DNA from: Squalus acanthias
Taxonomy: Eukaryota
Direction of reading: 5' to 3'
Assembly: GCA_030390025.1 (NCBI GenBank)
Contig: CM059432.1
Span: 91,638,001-91,702,000, forward strand
Length of the DNA: 64,000 nt
Shown here: positions 25,098 through 33,455 of the stretch, piece after piece
Layout: the number at the start of each line of letters is the position of its first letter
Position numbering within the stretch: position 1 is the first letter of the stretch
Program-made: the position numbers and the translations under genes
Notes under the pieces: model-generated
Told to the model about the DNA's origin: nothing
What the model saw: only the letters and a program-made list of their open reading frames with translations
Databases searched by the model: none

Positions 25098-26794
25098 TGT
25101 AGAATTCGCAATATATCGCGATTTTATTAATAAGGAGAAAACACAAAGTTTCGTTCAAACAGCTTTTATTTCAGTAGAATGCTGGCAGGTTTAAAGTGGA
25201 CACAAGCAGCCTGTAAAATGGCCGCCGCACCTCGTGACAGAACATTCTAGACTTTTCAACAGGCAGACAAGATGGCGTTCCAATAAACATTTGTGCAAGA
25301 TCGATTAAGATTCAGCACAGTGAAGATAATACACGAGACATTATGGGTTTGCAGTATACACATAGATACTGAAATCGGTCTCCCAGGTACAAAGGAAGGC
25401 CATTGTACCGAGTAATCAAGGGCCCATCCAAAAGACATTAATATGTAAAATCCCAACGACTCTACGATGAGAGAGCCGTTAGCAGGTAGTTATACAGGAC
25501 ACTTGGAAGCCCCAAACCCCTCCAGGGAGAACACCGACCGATTTAACAATGGGAGAAATATTAACAGGTACTCAGACATTTACGAGTAGCCCCGAAACCC
25601 ATTAAGAACGGAGATCACCCATACAAGACATTTGAGCGCCAGACCTTAAACAAAAGAATGGACATTATAGTTGGGCGGGAAACGGAAGATTTTGCACTAT
25701 AATTGCAGGCTCCAAACCGTCCAGCTTTCTCTTGCTCCTGTGCTTTTATCCGGTCGATTCGTAACCTCGTGGCTGCTCCTGTGTACTCGTAGTTGGGCTC
25801 GCTCCTGCTTGCCTGTTGCCTCTTCTGAAAAGACTGTTGAACTTTCTGATCCGTTCGGATCTACCTCGTGTCGCGTAACGAAGACCTATGTTGGTAACTG
25901 GCAGCGGAACCGAAGGCCCGAGATGAGATAAGATGAGATGAGATGAGAAGAGAGGAAGACCATATCCATCGCCACGGTCAGTAAATCCCGACCGCGCCTG
26001 TAGGTCGATTAGCCAAGTTTTCCTCGCCAGGAAGACTTCTTCGAACTTATAACGAAACATATTGCATCGAAGATAACTGGACTGTGCCCAAAGTAACTGG
26101 AACGTGAAAACATATCGTATCGACGATATTGACAACTGTGCTCGAAGAGTACCTGTTAAACCAACCAACACAGGTCTTCATCACAGCAGACGGTCCAGCC
26201 TGCTAGCCGGAGCAGCAGAAGCAAGTAAACAAGTGGGACCAGGAGATCTCCTGACCGACACGTGGGTGCTGCGGTGAAAAACATCCGATCAGCTATTCGG
26301 AATTTCTCCGAGTTATCACGAGTGGTGAGCATGAGTCTCGAAATCCTACGAATCTAGTTTAGGATAGATATTGATAGGGGAGGGTTTAAGGATTAAGGAT
26401 ATTTGTAATGTGTGCCCCTATTTACTTTGTGCCGTTCGTTCCTCGTTTCCCTAAGATCGACTATATAACTGTTTTGTAAGATTGTACTGTCATTAATCTG
26501 TGCTTATGACATGTATTTCATAATCTTAAGTAACATGCAATAAAGATTTTCCATTTCGTACCATTCAAACCAAGTCTACATGAGTTTTATCTCCATTACT
26601 GCTCTCGCATCTAAGTCCAGTGTCTAGAACCGTAAGGGAGAGTGATTCGAACCACTCACAGGTGTGTCTAGTGTTCCCAGACTGGCTGGAGACCAGAACA
26701 GGCAGCAAGGCCTAGACCCGCACTGACATACAGGCTGCACAGAGCCGCGTGAATCTCACAGGCCACGAGACACGCAGGGTCAGAATCCCTTACA
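25098..26794 (+). repeat. 5' LTR (1697 bp), TG...CA
   Basis: TGTAG...CTTACA termini; AATAAA at 26539-26544; followed 5 nt later by a PBS; boundaries coincide with the related solo LTR at 52529-54205. Confidence 0.92.
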
Positions 26795-26799
26795 GAAAA

Positions 26800-26817
26800 T
26801 GGCGACCGCGGCAGGAC
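26800..26817 (+). promoter_or_regulatory. Primer-binding site, tRNA-Arg(UCG)-type
   Basis: TGGCGACCGCGGCAGGAC is the 18-nt reverse complement of ...GTCCTGCCGCGGTCG-CCA, the 3' end of a vertebrate tRNA-Arg-TCG (recalled, not searched). Confidence 0.85.
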
Positions 26818-26852
26818 ACTGGCAGCGAGAGGGTAGTGTGTTAGATTTTGGA

Positions 26853-28610
26853 ATGACTGTACGAAATGTTATGCAGGAAAAGATAGCGGATTATGTGTTT
26901 GGAAAGGTTAATCTAACTAAGAAATGGATAAGTGAATTGTTAGCGGATAAGAGCCCACTAGAGGCAGCTGAAAGGTGGACAGATAGTAAAGAACATAGAA
27001 AGACACTTGAGAAAGCAGTCTAGCTTATGTGTTACAAAAGGCAGGTTCAGATTTCAAACCAGACCATTACAGCGCTAGTAGCTCGAATCAGTCATTTAGA
27101 GGGAGAAATGGAGGAGAAGGTTTCTGGAGGGGAGGTGCTCATTAAGAATTTAAATGAGTTACACCAAGAAAGCCAGGAAGTCTCCAGTCACCTTAAAACA
27201 AGGATAGATTATCTCGAGTGCCAGGTCACTGAGGCAAAATTGAATGAGAGCAGGTTAAAGGAAAGATTTAACCGCCAAGCTGCCCAGATAAGAACTCAAG
27301 AAGAAAGCTTGATGGGGGTTAGGGCGGCATATAAGTTGGCCCTTGAGGATAAGTTTCAGGGAGCCGATCATAGCGCCTGCCAAAGGGAGATAGAGCACCT
27401 CAAAAAGGCCGTGAACAACGCGAACGGCATGGTGTGCCTTATCAATCTGTCGGCGCACCAGCCGCTAGTAAATGAGAGATTTAGAAAATCCCCACCAAAT
27501 AAAGCAGAAGAAGTAGTAGCCACTGCGCCCTCCGCGCCACCCAGCTATTCAGAAACCTGGGTTAGGGAGGAAGCAATGGAAGAAACAAAAGAGCCCATTG
27601 AAAAAGAAGTAGGAAAGGGATCGTTATATCCAGTAACGGGTATTAAAAGGGGCCCAAGCAGAAACGGTGGGGAAGAACCGGGGGATCTCCTCGGACAGCT
27701 GGTGTTGCCTCACAGTTCACATCAGCTGAGAGCTATGATAAATCACGTACGGAAGCTGACCGAGGCAGACGACCCTTCCGTACATTTCAGAGAAGTTGAG
27801 CAAGCCGCAGCCATTAACGGCTGCGATGATGGGGAAACAGCAAAAATGCTGCTGTTCTCATTAGACAGCTCGGTCCTTCAGTGTCTCTCAGGCGAGAGCA
27901 AGAGGGGAACCAAGAGTTATGAGGAATTAAAGAATGAGGTCCTAGAAGTGTTGGGGGCGAACGACGAAGGTCCGTTTGCTAGAGTGGGACAGACAGTGCA
28001 GATGGAGGGAGAACCCCCGAAGGTTTTTGCCGACAGGCTGTGGCCAGTATATGAGCGCAGCTGTCTAGGTGCGCCCGAGCGCGAAGATGTGGAAGGTTTA
28101 GCTTTAACTCATTGGCTTAGGTGCATAATAGCCAACAGTTTACCAGCCGTCAGAGAGCAGGCAAAAGCATGGTTTGATCCCAATGACCCCAACATTACGG
28201 AAGAGTCGGTCTTGAATCGACTCACGTTAGGTTATCGCAATATAAGGGGTATGGCAACACGTCCCCTTAAGGGAAGAGTACATGAGGTACGACCCGCAGC
28301 CCCGTATCAAAGAGAGTGGCATCAGGAGGGTAATCGCGCCCCACAGGCAAGTAATGCTTGTTACGGGTGTGGGAAGACAGGGCACTGGCGCAAGCATTGC
28401 AGGAACCCTTGGAAGGATTCCAAGAATAAAAATCCCGCGGTCCGAGCCCAGGCGCCTGTCCCGGCTAAGGAAGCCAAGGCACCCACCCCTCCCGACGACC
28501 TCGAAGCAGTGTTAGGAGCCATGCGCAAGCTGGTCCTGAATGCGCGTGGACAGGTGGCGGTCGCAACCGGCCCCGTAGGTGCCGCAGGACCGTCTAATAG
28601 TACCCAATGA
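26853..28610 (+). pseudogene. gag: Gag-like protein: N-terminal coiled coil, PSAPPSY late domain, capsid-like region, CCHC zinc knuckle; one in-frame TAG at 27021-27023
   Basis: The 74-aa ORF (26799-27023) and the 527-aa ORF (27027-28610) are in the same frame, separated by a single TAG (probably TGG>TAG); CYGCGKTGHWRKHC at 28359-28400; PSAPPSY at 27528-27548. Confidence 0.85.
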
Positions 28611-29771
28611 CTAGAGCCCACGCAGTCTGCCTACCTGTGTCCTTTTAAAAGACACGCACAGGAGGGGGTCTGCGGTGAGGAGGCCAGGTTAAAAGAGCAG
28701 GCCTTGCGGGAGGAGAACGCCCGCTTAATAGGGAAAATAGATAGGCTGGAAGGGCAGCTTAGAGAGCAGGCCCTGCGGGAGGAGAACGCCCGATCAATGG
28801 GAAAGTTAGACGTGCTCAGGCTAGAAGCGCAGCTTAGTGAGATAAAAGCAGCCTACAGGGTAGCCAAGAGCCGGGAGTATGAGGATGCAAACCAGTGCAA
28901 ACTGTACAAGCCAGGTGCGCAAGGGAAAACCACAGGGGTAAATCCCGCCAATGGGAAAGCACAGCCCCAGGTAGGACCACAAGGCACACAGGCAGGCATA
29001 GCAGCTTGCATCAGGGGAAGGGACATCCCGGACGATCATGCAGCGTTTTTCTGGAATTGGGGGTTAGATGAGGAAGAATTCAGGGTACCCGGGTCAGATG
29101 AGGATAGTGCAGATGAGGATAGTGATGACGACGGGTGGTTTCGGAGGAACGGTCCCTTTTACGATATGGAGGGGACGGGGGCTGCAGGTAGAGATCCACA
29201 CAGGGTGGACACACGAGCTGCAGGTCCCGAAGACAGGAGGGAGGAGCTAGAGGAGGCAGGGCCAGCCGCTATGGGAGCACAGAGAGTACCGGTGTGGCTC
29301 CCAGAGATGTGGCCGCCCGCTTTGAACGTCCAGTCCTCAGGGGAGGCAGAGATCACGAGTGAAGGGCCGCCTGCTGGGCCGAGCAGGGCGGAGCCACGAA
29401 CTGCCAGCCCCGAGGTTAGGGAGGCGGAGTCAGCGGAGGCGGAGCCAGCGACTGTGATGGAACCCCAGGTCATCCCGATGGAAGTCTCGGAACCCGGTCC
29501 GTCCGTCACGGAAACCCCGCCCATGGCAACTCCCCGTAGGTCAAGTAGAGAACCCCAGCCCAGGAGGATGTGGTCATGTCCCCAGACTGCCCCAAGGCGA
29601 AAATTTAAGGTTAAGATAACCCAGATACAGACCGGCCACATCGCAGCAGTAACAGGCTGCGGCAGATCAGAGGGAAGGGTCAGCGCAGCAACAGGCTGCG
29701 GCAGATCAGAGGGAAGGGTCAGTGCCCTCCCACCGTCGGGAAGAGCTCGCAGCAGCCTTCTCAGAATTTAA
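28611..29771 (+). CDS. Unknown ORF in the pol position, in frame with gag behind a TGA-CTAG stop (coiled coil, acidic, Pro/Glu-rich, basic tail)
   Basis: Open from 28611 to TAA 29769-29771 in the gag frame; no recognisable protease DTG, RT (Y/F)xDD or integrase HHCC/DDE motif. Confidence 0.6.
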   Translation, partial: LEPTQSAYLCPFKRHAQEGVCGEEARLKEQALREENARLIGKIDRLEGQLREQALREENARSMGKLDVLRLEAQLSEIKAAYRVAKSREYEDANQCKLYKPGAQGKTTGVNPANGKAQPQVGPQGTQAGIAACIRGRDIPDDHAAFFWNWGLDEEEFRVPGSDEDSADEDSDDDGWFRRNGPFYDMEGTGAAGRDPHRVDTRAAGPEDRREELEEAGPAAMGAQRVPVWLPEMWPPALNVQSSGEAEITSEGPPAGPSRAEPRTASPEVREAESAEAEPATVMEPQVIPMEVSEPGPSVTETPPMATPRRSSREPQPRRMWSCPQTAPRRKFKVKITQIQTGHIAAVTGCGRSEGRVSAATGCGRSEGRVSALPPSGRARSSLLRI

Positions 29772-30083
29772 AGGGGCCGCCCTGAGAACGGGCGGCACTG
29801 TATAGTAAGTAGTAATAAGTTTTAAGTTTATAGTTCAAGGTTAAGTTTTAAGTTTATAGTTCAAGGTTAAGTTTATAGTTTTATTAAGGTTAAGTTTGTA
29901 GTGTTTTTAACAGAAAACGATAAAATGATGGGAGCTTTAAAGATAGGTTTAGTTGAAGTTTATTCAGCGAACGTTGAAGTTTACGTGAGGCGAGGTCAGG
30001 GGACCCGCTCACCCTTCACAAAAGCCAGAGACTCTTGCGAGGCTGGCTACCTCATTCTATCTGATCACAGGAACCAAGGAAGG

Positions 30084-31214
30084 ATGGAACGAATTCTAGT
30101 ACTGCTCGCGGCAATCGGATGTGGATTGGCCTATCGAGGCCGCACCAAGGATGTCGTGGTGTTTGGATGTTCCGGGGACACGGCCCCCATCGCGGTGGAT
30201 GGGACCGGAAGACGGGAGGCAGAGGAGACCAGCACCTATTTCCACAAGGGAAGGTGGCCAGGATGGCTGGGAACGAACTCAACGGAGTATTCCAGCACAT
30301 CGGGGTTTGCCTACAAAGAGACTTCTTTACTGTGCCCCAAAGTAAGGATCATCGCACCCAGGATCAGCGTCACCGTCGGCAAACGGATTTGTTTGACTTG
30401 TAGTGGGAAGGTCCCATTGAGCCGATGGTGGTGGCTGCGAAAGCTGAGCAAAACTATGAGGAACTCTTCGGTCGAGTGGGAACGACTGGGTAATAATACC
30501 CATCGGACAATTACGGGGACAGACGGACAAGTGAAAGTCTGTTGGGACAAATGGTGGGAACCGGATGAGGGAATTTATGTATGTATGTGGGGGTCAAGGT
30601 ACGTTTGCCCCAAAGGCATCTCCATATTTTTTATTAATCAATGGCAGGATAACGGACAGGGGATGAGGTGGGATGCGAGCACCAGGGGGTGCGGAGCCCC
30701 ATTCTCCCCGATCCCAGTAAATGCCACTGAGCTCATTACGCGCCCACGCAAAGCCCCGCCCACGATTCCGGTGGTTCTAGCTGAGGAAGAAGGGTGCCCT
30801 AAAACTAGTAAGGGACCCGGGAATGGTTTGGTACTGGTCCCCACAGACCAGATACTATTTCAGGGGGTACATTACGCGGTGGCCTCGGTGATTTTAAATC
30901 TCACTGAGGTGCGGTTACCAGAGTGGTGCCCCAAAAAGACGGAACAGTTGTATCAGGTCCTGTTGACCAAGATGTTCAGACAATTTTACGAATTCGATTT
31001 CGCGGAAATTGATAAAACAAGTTTCTACACCGCACCACAGGAAGTTTTGGATCAAGTAGGGAGGCAAAGAAGGGGTTTGGTGAACGATGCGTTCACTGCT
31101 TTTAACACAGGTCTTCATCACAGCAGACGGTCCAGCCTGCTAGCCGAAGCAGCAGAAGCAAGTAAACAAGTGGGACCAGGAGATCTCCTGACCGACACGT
31201 GGGTGCTGCGGTGA
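30084..31214 (+). pseudogene. env: Env-like glycoprotein: signal peptide, Ig-like domain, F2-like region, furin site RQRR, start of fusion peptide; truncated by a deletion at ~31104
   Basis: MERILVLLAAIGCGLA signal peptide; VTVGKRICLTC...W...DEGIYVC Ig signature; five N-glycosylation sequons; RQRR/GLVNDAFTAFNTG at 31062-31112; candidate acceptor ...ctatctgatcacAG at 30070. Confidence 0.75.
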
Positions 31215-31730
31215 AAAACATCCGATCAGCTATTCGGAATTTCTCCGAGTTATCACGAGTGGTGAGCATGAGTCTCGAAATCCTACGAATCTAGTTTAGG
31301 ATAGATATTGATAGGGGAGGGTTTAAGGATTAAGGATATTTGTAATGTGTGCCCCTATTTATTTTGTGCCGTTCGTTCCTCGTTTCCCTAAGATCGACTA
31401 TATAACTGTTTGTAAGATTGTACTGTCATTAATCTGTGCTTATGACATGTATTTCATAATCTTAAGTAACATGCAATAAAGATTTTCCATTTCGTACCAT
31501 TCAAACCAAGTCTACATGAGTTTTATCTCCATTACTGCTCTCGCATCTAAGTCCAGTGTCTAGAACCGTAAGGGAGAGTGATTCGAACCACTCACAGGTG
31601 TGTCTAGTGTTCCCAGACTGGCTGGAGACCAGAACAGGCAGCAAGGCCTAGACCCGCACTGACATACAGGCTGCACAGAGCCGCGTGAATCTCACAGGCC
31701 ACGAGACACGCAGGGTCAGAATCCCTTACA
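31104..31730 (+). repeat. Partial 3' LTR (R-U5 part; equals 26167-26794) followed by a second PBS copy (31736-31753)
   Basis: Near-identical to the 3' 628 bp of the 5' LTR; joined to env at AACACAGG. Confidence 0.92.
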
Positions 31731-31759
31731 GAAAATGGCGACCGCGGCAGGACATTTTC

Positions 31760-33455
31760 TGTAAGGGATTCTGACCCTGCGTGTCTCGTGGCCTGTGAGA
31801 TTCACGCGGCTCTGTGCAGCCTGTATGTCAGTGCGGGTCTAGGCCTTGCTGCCTGTTCTGGTCTCCAGCCAGTCTGGGAACACTAGACACACCTGTGAGT
31901 GGTTCGAATCACTCTCCCTTACGGTTCTAGACACTGGACTTAGATGCGAGAGCAGTAATGGAGATAAAACTCATGTAGACTTGGTTTGAATGGTACGAAA
32001 TGGAAAATCTTTATTGCATGTTACTTAAGATTATGAAATACATGTCATAAGCACAGATTAATGACAGTACAATCTTACAAACAGTTATATAGTCGATCTT
32101 AGGGAAACGAGGAACGAACGGCACAAAATAAATAGGGGCACACATTACAAATATCCTTAATCCTTAAACCCTCCCCTATCAATATCTATCCTAAACTAGA
32201 TTCGTAGGATTTCGAGACTCATGCTCACCACTCGTGATAACTCGGAGAAATTCCGAATAGCTGATCGGATGTTTTTCACCGCAGCACCCACGTGTCGGTC
32301 AGGAGATCTCCTGGTCCCACTTGTTTACTTGCTTCTGCTGCTCCGGCTAGCAGGCTGGACCGTCTGCTGTGATGAAGACCTGTGTTGGTTGGTTTAACAG
32401 GTACTCTTCGAGCACAGTTGTCAATATCGTCGATACGATATGTTTTCACGTTCCAGTTACTTTGGGCACAGTCCAGTTATCATCGATGCAATATGTTTCG
32501 TTATAAGTTCGAAGAAGTCTTCCTGGCGAGGAAAACTTGGCTAATCGACCTACAGGCGCGGTCGGGATTTACTGACCGTGGCGATGGATATGGTCTTCCT
32601 CTCTTCTCATCTCATCTCATCTTATCTCATCTCGGGCCTTCGGTTCCGCTGCCAGTTACCAACATAGGTCTTCGTTACGCGACACGAGGTAGATCCGAAC
32701 GGATCAGAAAGTTCAACAGTCTTTTCAGAAGAGGCAACAGGCAAGCAGGAGCGAGCCCAACTACGAGTACACAGGAGCAGCCACGAGGTTACGAATCGAC
32801 CGGATAAAAGCACAGGAGCAAGAGAAAGCTGGACGGTTTGGAGCCTGCAATTATAGTGCAAAATCTTCCGTTTCCCGCCCAACTATAATGTCCATTCTTT
32901 TGTTTAAGGTCTGGCGCTCAAATGTCTTGTATGGGTGATCTCCGTTCTTAATGGGTTTCGGGGCTACTCGTAAATGTCTGAGTACCTGTTAATATTTCTC
33001 CCATTGTTAAATCGGTCGGTGTTCTCCCTGGAGGGGTTTGGGGCTTCCAAGTGTCCTGTATAACTACCTGCTAACGGCTCTCTCATCGTAGAGTCGTTGG
33101 GATTTTACATATTAATGTCTTTTGGATGGGCCCTTGATTACTCGGTACAATGGCCTTCCTTTGTACCTGGGAGACCGATTTCAGTATCTATGTGTATACT
33201 GCAAACCCATAATGTCTTGTGTATTATCTTCACTGTGCTGAATCTTAATCGATCTTGCACAAATGTTTATTGGAACGCCATCTTGTCTGCCTGTTGAAAA
33301 GTCTAGAATGTTCTGTCACGAGGTGCGGCGGCCATTTTACAGGCTGCTTGTGTCCACTTTAAACCTGCCAGCATTCTACTGAAATAAAAGCTGTTTGAAC
33401 GAAACTTTGTGTTTTCTCCTTATTAATAAAATCGCGATATATTGCGAATTCTACA
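31760..33455 (-). repeat. Full-length inverted LTR copy (1696 bp)
   Basis: Reverse complement of 25098-26794 with only a few substitutions and one indel (e.g. antisense ORF SSYLR vs SSYHR; THNVS vs THNVL). Confidence 0.93.

Larger units (their letters stand above)
25098..33455 (+). mobile_element. Endogenous retrovirus-like LTR element (lokiretrovirus-like), pol-less, with inverted terminal LTR; inserted in the last ADA intron
   Basis: Begins TGTAGAATT and ends AATTCTACA; 4-bp TSD TACC (25094-25097 / 33456-33459); contains LTR, PBS, gag with CCHC knuckle and an env-like ORF; interrupts an old LINE remnant that continues on both flanks. Confidence 0.9.

Noticed and set aside
25746..26171. 141-aa antisense ORF (and the 66/86-aa ORFs) in the LTR, repeated at 32382-32807
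   Set aside because: Non-ATG start and no recognisable domain. The duplication merely reflects the inverted LTR, and the equivalent region of the solo LTR translates differently.
31736..31753. tRNA gene
   Set aside because: Only the 3'-terminal 18 nt including CCA are present; it is a PBS copy, not a gene.
25098..33455. DNA transposon / DIRS / Polinton interpretation of the 1.7-kb terminal inverted repeats
   Set aside because: No transposase, tyrosine recombinase or pPolB is present. The repeat has TG..CA ends, is followed by a tRNA PBS, and occurs elsewhere as a solo LTR with a 4-bp TSD.
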